DNA of 64,000 nt from Squalus acanthias (lineage: Eukaryota): contig CM059432.1 of the NCBI GenBank assembly GCA_030390025.1, positions 34,350,001 to 34,414,000 on the forward strand, in the 5' to 3' direction. Position 1 is the first letter of the stretch; every line of letters begins with the position of its first letter. Made by a program: the position numbers and the translations under genes. Under the pieces are notes generated by a model that had not been told where the DNA came from, made no database searches, and saw nothing but the letters and a program-made list of their open reading frames with translations. Below, one piece after another: positions 10,071-20,783 of the stretch.

Positions 10071-13022
10071 ATGACAACAGAGAGGGTCATAGACATAGGT
10101 AGCAGTAGGGGAATCACAAATCAGAGCGTGGCAGGAAGGGACAGAGTGTGTGGAGTAAAAGGTAAACTGGTAAAAAGTGAAAAAGCAGGAACTAAGTGCC
10201 ACAAAGCATATTTGAAAGTTCTCTATCTGAATGCACGTAGCATTCGTAACAAAATAGACGAGTTAATGGCACAAATAACTACATATGGTTATGATATTGT
10301 GGCCATTACAGAAACATGGCTGCAGGGTGACAATGCCTGGGAATTAAACATACCAGGTTATTTAACGATCAGGAAGGACAGGCAGGAAGGAAGGGGAGGT
10401 GGGGTGGCTATGTTAATAAAGGAAGGAATCACTGTAATACAGAGTAATGATATTGGGTCAAAAAATCATGATAATGAAACAGTTTGGGTGGAGATAAGGA
10501 ATAATAAGGGGAAAAAAACATTAGTGGGCGTAGTCTATAGGCCTCCAAACAGTTGCAACTCTATTGGACGGAGTATCAATCAGGAAATAGTTGAGGCATG
10601 TAATAAGGGAACATCTATAATTATGGGGGATTTTAACTATCATATTAATTGGACAAATCAAATGGGGCAGGGCTGCCTTGAGGATGAGTTCATTGAGTGT
10701 ATTAGGGATGGGTTTCTTGAGCAGTATGTAACTGAACCGACCAGGGGGCAAGCAACCTTAGATCTGGTCCTGTGTAACGAGACAGGATTAATTAAAAATG
10801 TCCTAGTAAAGGATCCCCTTGGAATGAGTGACCATAACATGGTTGAATTCCATATTCAATTAGAGGGTGAGAAGGTTGGATCTCAAACAAGCGTGCTAAG
10901 CTTGAATAAAGGAGACTATGAAGGTATGCGAGCGGAATTGAGTAGAGTGGATTGGGAAAATAGATTAAAGGGTAAGACGACACATGATCAGTGGTGTACA
11001 TTCAAGGAGTTATTTTACAACTTCCAAAAAAAATATATTCCACTGAAAAGAAAAGGGTGTAAAAGAAAGGACAGTCATCCGTGGCTAAGTAAAGAAATTA
11101 AGGATAGTATTCGACTAAAAACAAGGGCATATAAGGTAGCGAAATCTAGTGGGAGGACAGAGGATTGGGAAAACTTTAAAAGGCAGCAAAAAATAACAAA
11201 AAGATTGATTAAGAAAGGGAAGATAGATTATGAAAGTAAATTAGCAAAAAATATAAAAACAGATAGTAAGAGTTTTTATAGTTATATAAAAAGAAAAAGG
11301 GTGGCTAAAGTAAATGTTGGTCCCTTAGAGGATGAGACCGGGAAATTAATGGTGGGAAATATGGAGATGGCAAAAACACTGAATGAATATTTTGTATCAG
11401 TCTTTACAGTAGAGGACACTAAGAATATCCCAACACTGGACAAACAGGGGGCTATAGGGGGAGAGGAGCTAAACACGATCAAAATCACTAAGGAAGTGGT
11501 ACTCGGTAAAATAATGGGACTCAAGGCGGATAAATCACCTGGACCTGATGGCTTACATCCTAGAGTCTTGAAGGAAGTGGCGGTAGGGATTGTAGATGCA
11601 TTGGTAATAATTTTTCAAAACTCCCTGGATTCCGCTAAGGTCCCGGCAGACTGGAAAACTGCTAATGTAACACCCTTATTTAAAAAGGGCAGTAGACAGA
11701 AGGCTGGTAACTATAGACCGGTTAGCCTAACATCTGTGGTAGGTAAAATTTTGGAGTCCATTATTAAGGAAACAGTAACAGGACATTTGGATAATCATAA
11801 TTTAATAGGACAAAGTCAGCATGGTTTTACGAAGGGGAAGTCATGTTTGACAAATTTGCTGGAGTTCTTTGAGGAAGTAACATATAGAGTGGATAAAGGG
11901 GAACCAGTGGACGTAGTGTATTTAGACTTCCAAAAGGCATTTGACAAGGTGCCACACAAAAGATTATTGCTTAAGGTAAAAAATCACGGGATTGGGGGTA
12001 ATATTCTGGCATGGATAGAGGATTGGCTATCTAACAGAAAGCAAAGAGTTGGGATAAATGGTTCATTCTCAGACTGGCAATCAGTAACTAGTGGTGTTCC
12101 ACAGGGGTCAGTGCTGGGTCCCCAACTCTTCACAATCTATATTAACGATTTGGAGGAAGGGACCAAGTGTAACATATCAAAATTTGCAGATGATAAAAAG
12201 ATGGGAGGGAAAGTAGTGAGTGAGGAGGACATAAAAAACCTGCAAGGGGACATAGACAGGCTAAGTAAGTGGGCAGAGATTTGGCAGATGGAATACAACA
12301 CTGGAAAGTGTGAGGTGATGCACTTTGGCAGGAAAAATCCTAGAGCAATTTATTATCTTAATGGCAAGAAACTGGAGAGTACTGAAGTGCAAAGGGATCT
12401 GGGGGTCCTGGTGCACGAAACTCAAAAGGTTAGTATGCAGGTGCAGCAAGTGATTAACAAGGCAAATGGAATGTTGGCTTTCATTGCTAGGGGGATAGAA
12501 TATAAAAATAGGGAGGTATTGCTTCAGTTGTACAAGGTATTGGTGAGACCGCACCTGGAATACTGCATACAGTTTTGGTGTCCTTACTTAAGGAAAGACA
12601 TCCTTGCTCTCGAGGCAGTGCAAAAAAGGTTCACTCGGTTAATCCCGGGGATGAGGGGGTGGTCATATGAGGAGAGGTTGGGTAGATTGGGACTCTACTC
12701 ATTGGAGTTCAGAAGAATGAGAGGCGATCTTATTGAAACATATAAGATTGTGAAGGGGTTGGATCGGGTGGATGCGGGGAGGATGTTCCCGATGACGGGT
12801 GAGACGAGAACTAGGGGACATAGTCTTAGAATAAGGGGCTGCTCTTTCAAAACTGAGATGAGGAGGAACTACTTCACTCAGAGGGTGGTAGGTCCATGGA
12901 ATATGCTGCCACAAAAAGCTGTAGAAGCTACAACATTAATTAAATTTAAAACAGAAATAGACAGTTTCCTAGAAGTAAAGGGCATTAAGGGTTACGGGGA
13001 GCGGGCAGGAATTTGGACATGA
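10071..13022 (+). CDS. CR1 ORF2: apurinic endonuclease plus reverse transcriptase
   Basis: Uninterrupted 983 aa; YLNARS, ITETW, GDFN, SDHN (APE); GVPQGSVLGP and FADD (RT). Confidence 0.95.
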   Translation: MTTERVIDIGSSRGITNQSVAGRDRVCGVKGKLVKSEKAGTKCHKAYLKVLYLNARSIRNKIDELMAQITTYGYDIVAITETWLQGDNAWELNIPGYLTIRKDRQEGRGGGVAMLIKEGITVIQSNDIGSKNHDNETVWVEIRNNKGKKTLVGVVYRPPNSCNSIGRSINQEIVEACNKGTSIIMGDFNYHINWTNQMGQGCLEDEFIECIRDGFLEQYVTEPTRGQATLDLVLCNETGLIKNVLVKDPLGMSDHNMVEFHIQLEGEKVGSQTSVLSLNKGDYEGMRAELSRVDWENRLKGKTTHDQWCTFKELFYNFQKKYIPLKRKGCKRKDSHPWLSKEIKDSIRLKTRAYKVAKSSGRTEDWENFKRQQKITKRLIKKGKIDYESKLAKNIKTDSKSFYSYIKRKRVAKVNVGPLEDETGKLMVGNMEMAKTLNEYFVSVFTVEDTKNIPTLDKQGAIGGEELNTIKITKEVVLGKIMGLKADKSPGPDGLHPRVLKEVAVGIVDALVIIFQNSLDSAKVPADWKTANVTPLFKKGSRQKAGNYRPVSLTSVVGKILESIIKETVTGHLDNHNLIGQSQHGFTKGKSCLTNLLEFFEEVTYRVDKGEPVDVVYLDFQKAFDKVPHKRLLLKVKNHGIGGNILAWIEDWLSNRKQRVGINGSFSDWQSVTSGVPQGSVLGPQLFTIYINDLEEGTKCNISKFADDKKMGGKVVSEEDIKNLQGDIDRLSKWAEIWQMEYNTGKCEVMHFGRKNPRAIYYLNGKKLESTEVQRDLGVLVHETQKVSMQVQQVINKANGMLAFIARGIEYKNREVLLQLYKVLVRPHLEYCIQFWCPYLRKDILALEAVQKRFTRLIPGMRGWSYEERLGRLGLYSLEFRRMRGDLIETYKIVKGLDRVDAGRMFPMTGETRTRGHSLRIRGCSFKTEMRRNYFTQRVVGPWNMLPQKAVEATTLIKFKTEIDSFLEVKGIKGYGERAGIWT

Positions 13023-13417
13023 GTCTAGGTTCGGATCGGTCATGGCCCTGTGGGTAGTGGAGCGGGCCCAGGGACTGTGTAGCCTGATTCTGCTCCTATT
13101 TCGTGTGTGCAATTCTGTTAGATGCAGGAGATGGTTCTGTGATAGATAGTAGATTGGCGGTTAGGATCAGATCAGCCATGATCTTATTGAATGGCGGAGC
13201 AGGCTCGAGGGGCCGATTGGCCTACTCCTGCTCCTATTTCTTATGTTCTTATGTTCTTATCAGGTCCAGGGGACTTGTCAGCCTTTAGTCCCATTAGTTT
13301 GCCAAGTACTTTTTCTCTAGTGATAGTGATTGTTTTAAGTTCCTCTCTCCCTTGATTATCTACTATTATTGGGATGCTTTTAGTATCTTCTACCATGAAG
13401 ACAGATACAAAATATTT

Positions 13418-13513
13418 CTGACGAAAGGTCATCGACCTGAAACGTTAACTCTGTTTCTCTCTTCACAGATGCTGCCTGACCTGCTGAGTATCTCCAGCAT
13501 TTTCTGTTTTTAT
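13418..13513 (+). mobile_element. 96-bp Penelope-like (PLE) 3' fragment beginning at a minimal hammerhead motif
   Basis: 12-bp TSD TACAAAATATTT (13406-13417 / 13514-13525); CTGACGA-A-aggtc-atc-gacct-GAAA-CG-TT; homologous to 59552-59647. Confidence 0.8.
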
Positions 13514-15200
13514 TACAAAATATTTGTTCAAAGTCTCTGCCATTTCCCTGTTTCCCATTATTAATTCCCCAGTCTCATCCTCTAAGGGACCAATGTTTAC
13601 CTTAGCTACTCTCTTCCTTTTTATATAACTGTAGAAGCTCTTACTGTCTTTTTTATATTTTTTGCTCATTTACTCTCATAATTTATCTTCACCCTCTATT
13701 ATTTTTTTAGTCATCCTTTGTTGGTTTTTTAATATTTCCCAATCCTCTGGCCTACCACTAATCTTCACAACATTGTATGCCTTTTCTTTCAATTTGATAC
13801 CATCCTTAACTTCCTTAATTAGCCATGGATGGTTCATCCTTCTCGCAGAGTCTTTCTTTCTCACTGGAATATACCTTTGCTGAGAGTTATGAAATATCTC
13901 CTTAAATGTCTGCTACTGCTTGTCTACCATCTTACCCTTTAACCTATTTTCCCAGTCCACTTTAGCCAACTCTGTCTTCATACCTTTGTAATTGCCTTTA
14001 TTTAAGTTTAAGACACTAGTTTCAGACCCAAGTTTCTCACCCTCAAATTGAATATGAAATTCTATCATGCTATGATCACTCTTCCCTAGAGGATCCTTTA
14101 CTGTGAAATCATTAATTAATCCTGCCTCATTACAAATTACCAGATCTAAAATAGCCTGCTCCCTGGTTTAACGTATTGTTAAAAGAAACCATCCCGAATC
14201 CACTCTATCAACTCGTCCTCAAAGCTACCTTTGCCAATTTGATTTGTCCAATCTATATGAAGATTAAAATCGCCCATGATTATTGCAGGACCTTTCTTAC
14301 AAGCCCCCATTATTTCTTGATTTATACTCTGTCCTACTGTGTAGCTACTGTTAGGGGGCCTATAGAGTACTCCCATCAGTGCCTTCTTTCCCCTACTATT
14401 TCTTATCTCCACCCAAACTGTTTCTATATCTTGATCTTCCGAGCCAAGATCATTTCTTACTACTGTACTGATCTCATCCTTTATTAACAGAGCTAACCCA
14501 CCTTCTTTTCCTTTCTGCCTATCCTTCCGAAATGTCAAATATCCCTGAATATTCAGTTCCCAGCTTTGGTCACCTTGCAACCACGTCTCTGTAATGGCTA
14601 TCAGATCATATCCATTTATATCTATTTGTGCCATCAATTCATCTATCTTGTTACGAATGCTGCGTGCATTCAGATAAAGAGCCTTTAATGTTATCTTTTT
14701 ACCATTTTTCCCTACTCTTACCCTATTTGCCGGTGCAGTTTTATGTTTGTGCGTTCAGTCCCTTCTTGTCAGACTCTGGTTATCATTACCCCTATCGCAA
14801 CCCTGCACTATTGCCTTGTCTTTTCTCTTTAACTTTCTAAATTTCCCCTCACCTAAACCCTTCCCCCCACTATTTAGTTTAACGCATTATCTACAGCCCT
14901 AGTTATTCAATTTGCCAGGACACTGGTCCCAGCATGGTTCAAGTGAAGCCCGTCATAACGGAACAACTCCCTCTTTCCCCAGTATTGGTGCCAGTGCCAC
15001 ATGAATCGAAACCCATTTCTCCCACACCAATCTTTGAGCCATGCATTCATCTCTCTGATCTTACTGACCCTATGCTAATTTGCTCATGGCTCAGGTAGTA
15101 ATCCAGAGATTATTACCTTTGTGGTTCTGCTTTTTAATTTAGCCCCCAGCTGCTCATACTCCCTCAGCAGAACTTCTTTCTTAGTCCTACCTATGTCGTT

Positions 15201-18200
15201 GGACAAGTGCAAGGGCCAAGTTCACGGCACTGTGGGTGGTTCAGCTGCACAAGGGGGGAGGAGTAAGAGTGGAAGGGCAATAGTGGTAGGAGACTCAATA
15301 GTGAGGGGTGCAGACAGGTGTTTCTGCGGCCGCAGACGTGACTCCAGGATGGTATGGTGCCAGGGTCAAGGATGTCACTGAATGGCTGCAGGGCATTCTG
15401 AAGGGGGAGGGCGAACAGTCAGAGGTTGTGGTTCACATTGGTACCAACGACATAGGTAGAAAGAGGGATGAGGTCCTGCAACAAGAATTTAGGGAGCTAG
15501 GTAGCAGATTAAAAAGCAGGACCTCAAAGGTTGTAATCTCTGGATTACTCCCGGTGCCACGTGCTAGTGAATATAGGAATAGGAGAATAGAGCAGATGAA
15601 TGCGTGGCTAAAGAGTTGGTGCAGGAGGGAGGGCTTTAGTTTCCTGGATCACTGGGTCTGTTTCTGGGGAAGGTGGGACCTGTACAAGTCGGACGGGTTG
15701 CACCTGAACCGGAGTGGGACCAACATCCTTGTGGAGAAGTTTGCTAGTGCTGTTGGGGGGGATTTAAACTAACTTGGCAGGGGGATGGGATACGGAGTGG
15801 AGCTATAGTAGGGGGTGATGGACAACCAAATATAGAGGAAAAAACAAGTCAGTCTGGAAGGCAGAGCAAATATGTAACGGCACAAGGGAGTATGGCAAGG
15901 CTGGATGGCATTTATTTTAATGCAAGGAGTCTTGCGAGTAAGGCAGATGAATTGAAGGTGTTGCTATCACAGAGACATGGTTGAGGGAAGGGCAGGACTG
16001 GCAGCTCAATATTCCGGGGTATAGATTCTTCAGGCGAGACAGAGGAGGGTGTAAAAGAGGAGGGGGTGTCGCAATATTAATCAAGAAGTCAATTACTGCT
16101 GTAAGGAGGGATGATATCTTAGCAGGTTCCTCTAATGAGGCCATATGGGTAGAACTTAAAAACAAAAAGGGGGCAAGCACTTTGCTGGGAGTGTACTATA
16201 GGCTCCCAAACAGTCAGGGGGAGATAGAAGAACAGATATGTAGGCAAATCTCAGAGAAGTGTAGAAATAATAGGGTAATAATAGTAGGGGATTTCAACTT
16301 CCCCAATATTAACTGGGATAGTCAGAGTGTGAAAGGCTTAGAGGGTGCGGAATTCTTAAAGTGCATCCAGGAGAGCTTTTTGAGCCAGCATGTAGAAAGT
16401 CCTACAAGAGAGGGGGCGGTACTGGATCTAATTCTAGGGAATGTAGCCGGGCAAGTGATAGATGTTTCAGTGGGAGAGCATTTTGGTGACAGTGACCATA
16501 AATCGGTGAGATTTAAGGTAGTCATGGAAAAGGACAAAGATGGACCGGAAATAAAGGTTCTAAATTGGGGGAAGGCCGATTTTAATATGATAAGGCAGGA
16601 TCTGGCCAAAGTGGACTGGGATCAGCTACTTGTAGGAAAATTCACATCAGAGCAGTGGGAGTCATTCAGAAAGGAAATAGAGAGAGTACAGTGCCAACAT
16701 GTTCCCGTAAAGGTCAAGGGTGGGACCAACAAGTCCAGGGCACCCTGGATGTCAAGGGATATACGAGAAAGGATTAGGAAAAAAAGGGAGGCTTTTGGCA
16801 GATACAAAGGACAAAACAGTGGAAGCCCTAGAGGAGTATAGAAAGTGCAGGGGGGTACTTAAAAAAGAAATTAGGAGAGCGAAGAGGGGGCATGAAAAAA
16901 CACTGGAGGGCAAAATAAAGGAAAATCCCAAGGTGTTTTATAAGTATGTTAAGGGCAAGAGAATAACCCGGGAAAGAGTAGGGCCCATTAGGGGCCAAAG
17001 TGGCAATCTGTGTGCAGAGCCGGAAGATGTAGGTGAGGTTTTAAATGAATATTTTGCATCTGTGTTCACTATGGAGAAGGACGATGTAGGCATAGAAATC
17101 AGGCAGGAGGATTGTGATATACTTGAACAATTTACAATGAGAGGGAGGAGGTACTAACGGTTTTAGCAGGCTTAAAAGTGGATAAATCCCCAGGCCCAGA
17201 CAAGATGTATCCCAGGCTGCTGTGTGAGGCAAGGGAGGAGATTGCAGGGGCTCTGACACAAATTTTCAGAGCCTCTCTGGCCACAGGGGAGGTGCCAGAG
17301 GACGGGAGGACAGCTAACGTAGTACCATTATTCAAGAAGGGATGTAGGGATAAACCAAGGAATTACAGGCCAGTGAGCCTAACATCAGTGGTAGGGAAAT
17401 TATTGGAAACAATTCTGAGGGACAGAATTAGTCTCCACTTGGAGAGGCAAGGATTAATCAAGGATAGTCAGGGGGAGATCATGTCTAACCAATTTGATTG
17501 AATTTTTCGAGGGGGTGACTAGGTGTGTGGATGAGGGTAGTGCAGTTGATATAGTCTACATGGACTTCAGTAAGGCTTTTGACAAAGTCCCGCATGGGAG
17601 ACTGGTCAAGAAGGTAAGAGCCCATGGGATCCAGGGAAATTTGGCACATTGGATCCAAAATTGGCTTAGTGACAGGAGGCAGAAGGTGATGGTCGAAGGT
17701 TGTTTTTGTGACTGGAAGCCTGTGTCTAGTGGTGTACTGCAGGGATCGGTGCTGGGTCCCTTGCTGTTTGTAGTGTACATTAATGATTTAGATATGAATG
17801 TAGGAGGTATGATCAGTAAGTTCGCAGATGACACGAAAATTGTTGGAGTGGTAAATAGCGAGGAGGGAAGCCTCAGGCTACAGGACGATATAGACGGGTG
17901 GGTCAGATGGGCAGAACAGTGGCAAATGGAATTTAACCCTGAAAGGTGTGAGGTGATGCATTTTGGGAGGACTAACAAGGCAAGGGAATACACAATGAAT
18001 GGTAGGACCCTAGGAAGGACAGAGGATAAGAGGGACCTTGGTGTGCATGTACATAGATCTCTGAAGGCAGCAGGACAGGTAGATAAGTTGGGTAAGAAGG
18101 CTTATGGGATACTTGCCTTCATTAGCCGAGGCTTAGAATATAAGAGCAGGGAGGTTATGATGGAGCTGTACAAAATGCTAGTTAGGCCACAGCTGGAATA

Positions 18201-18732
18201 CTGTGTGCAGTTCTGGTCGCCACACTATAGGAAGGATGTGATTGCATTGGAGAGGGTGCAGAGGAGATTCACCAGGATGTTACCTGGGCTGCAGCGCTTC
18301 AGCTATGAAGAGAGACTGGACAGGCTGGGGTTGTTTTCCTTAGAGCAGAGAAGGCTGAGGGGGGACCTGATTGAGGTGTACAAAATTATGAGGGGCATAG
18401 ATAGGGTAGATAGAAAGGAACTTTTCCCCTTAGTAGAGGGGTCAATAACCAGGGAGCATAGTTTCAAGGTAAGGGGCAGGAGGTTTAGAGGGGATTTGAG
18501 GAAAAACTTTTTCACCCAGAGGGTGGTTGGAATCTGGAACTCACTGCCTGAAAGGATGGTAGAGGCAGGAACCCTCACAACATTCAAGAAGCATTTAGAT
18601 GAGCACTTGAACCGCCATAGCATACAAGGCTACGGACCAAGTGCTGGAAAATGGGATTAGAATAGATAGGGTTTGATGGCCGGATTGGACACGATGGGCC
18701 GTAGGGCCTCTTTCTGTGCTGTATGACTCTAT
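15201..18732 (+). mobile_element. CR1 LINE 'CR1-B' (esterase ORF1 part and frameshifted ORF2); tail resumes at 23044-23054
   Basis: VVGDSIVRG, HIGTND, DGLHL; APE and RT ORFs (15981, 17494); (ATGACTCT)n tail split by Harbinger H2. Confidence 0.92.
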
Positions 18733-19245
18733 GGGCTAAAAATTCAGTTGGTTGCGCCTTCCCTTCGCGCCTTAAGAGGGCGCTAATGGGGCGCAATGCA
18801 GCTAGCGCCCGGGCGCAGCGATGTTTGCGCCGCTCGGGAACTTCAGTAGACATTTTGCGGCGGCGCTAAACTTTATCGCCGCGGTCCCCTGCGCCCGCGG
18901 ATTGTGACATCATACGAGAGTGCAACGCCCGTGTGGCGCCCCGGAGCAGAAATTCAGTGGCGCCCCCATCCTTACCGCCTGGCGCACCCAACGACCGGTA
19001 GAGTGGAACGCTAACAATCGCTGTGGGGCTCGGGGGGGCGCTATTTAAAGGGGGCCTCTTCCTGTCTTTCTCTGTGGTTGACATTTTTGCACCACTCGTT
19101 CTGAGAGAGAGAGAGAGAGATTCGGAGAGAGAGAGAGAGAGACTTGTGCATTGAGTCAACGCTGTGTGAGGTAGTTTTGGCTACTGAGCATAACTTCGCT
19201 GGTACTTTGGTTTCTGGCCTTCATAACTTTGCTTGCAAAGAGACT

Positions 19246-20276
19246 ATGGGGGCTGCACTGATGTGGGGCGTCGTCCTGCGCCAGCTGAATCGGAGGAGAC
19301 GGAGACGCAGAGAGAGAGTGGCAATGATGGCCAGATGGAGGAGGGCCAACAGGCGTCTGTACAGGAGAGCTTACCCTCCCAGGGTATATCGTGAACAGCT
19401 CTCCTACATTCATATGTCTGATGAGCAGTGTCTGCGAAGGCTGCGCTTCAGCAAGGAGGTGGTCACTGAGCTCTGCCACCTGCTGCAGCCAGATCTGCAG
19501 CCTCAACTGAGGTCCTGGACGTCTCTGTCGGTGGCAGTGAAGGTCACAGTGGCTCTGAACTTTTATGCTACTGGCTCATTTCAATCTGCTGTTGGGCACA
19601 TCGCCAATCTCTCCCAGTTCGCGGTGCATTGCTGCATCAGGAAGGTCACAAATGCCCTGTTTAAAAGGAGACGACAGTTCATCTCTTTCCCCATGACCCC
19701 AGACAAGCAGCAAGAACGCGCTCTGGGCTTTGCGAGGATAGCGGGCTTCCCCATGGTGCAGGGCGCCATTGACTGCACGCATGTGGCTTTGCGTGCTCCG
19801 CATGAGAATGCCGAGGATTTCCGGAACAGAAAGGGGTTCCATTCCTTGAATGTTCAGTTGGTCTGTGACCACAGACAGCTGATACTCGCTGTCAATGCCC
19901 ACTATCCTGGCAGCTGCCACGATGCTTTCATCCTGCGCCAGACTACTGTGGCAGAACTTTTCGAGGCACCGCATCAGCCAGTTGGTTGGCTTCTCGGGGA
20001 CAAGGGGTATCCACTGAGCACCTGGCTGATGACACCGCTCCGTACGCCCAACACCCCTGCTGAGCTGCGGTACAACGAGAGCCATCAAGCTACCAGGAAC
20101 ATCGTGGAGCACACAATCGGCGTGCTCAAGCAACGGTTCCGCTGTCTCGACCATTCTGGAGGAGCCCTGCAGTACTCGCCTGAGCGAGTATCCCACATCG
20201 TAGTTGTGTGCTGCATGCTGCATAACATGGCAATCCTCAGGACCCAGCCAATGCCACCAGGCCTTGGAGCACCACC

Positions 20277-20364
<88 letters not shown>

Positions 20365-20472
20365 GAAGAGGAGGAGGAGGATGATCAGCAGCAGCACCAA
20401 GGCGTGAGGGCGGCCCACAATGGTGAAACTGCAAGGGCCGTCCGTCAACGGCTGATAGCAAGCCGCTTCTAG
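19246..20472 (+). CDS. Harbinger (HARBI1-like) DDE transposase, 408 aa
   Basis: Open from ATG 19246; GAIDCTH, HDAFIL, LLGDKGY, VEHTIGVLKQRFRCL, CCMLHN; 34-Glu tract near the C-terminus. Confidence 0.93.
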
Positions 20473-20783
20473 GCCCCTGCTGTGGAAATGGCTTCTGCCA
20501 TTGAGAACAGCATGAACGAACCCAACACGCAACCCCTAAGCCGGCCAAGGCACCAATGATTCCAAACACCAAACATGTATAATTTGAGTACCAAAACTTA
20601 TTTATTTTACAAACTCTGTGTGTGTCATTTACTCATGACACACTCATACAAATAAACACAAAAAAACAGTCATTACCATAACTGGTTCTCACAACCTGGA
20701 GATCATGTGCAAAACACTCAACAAAAGTTTGACCTCGAACCTCGGCCTTTAATAAAAAAATAACCAGCATTTTGTCACACCTC

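Larger units (their letters stand above)
9500..13260 (+). mobile_element. Young CR1 LINE 'CR1-C', 5'-truncated within ORF1, ORF2 intact
   Basis: Esterase ORF1 C-terminal half, 983-aa ORF2, 3' UTR and (TTCTTATG)n tail. Confidence 0.95.

Noticed and set aside
19246..20472. Domesticated host gene HARBI1
   Set aside because: Lies within TIRs and a TSD next to a Myb partner, with related copies in the window; it is a transposon gene
19576..20532. 318-aa antisense ORF with poly-Leu/Phe, and many other antisense ORFs over CR1 and Harbinger
   Set aside because: Shadow frames of real transposon coding sequence and of the GAG/GAA tract
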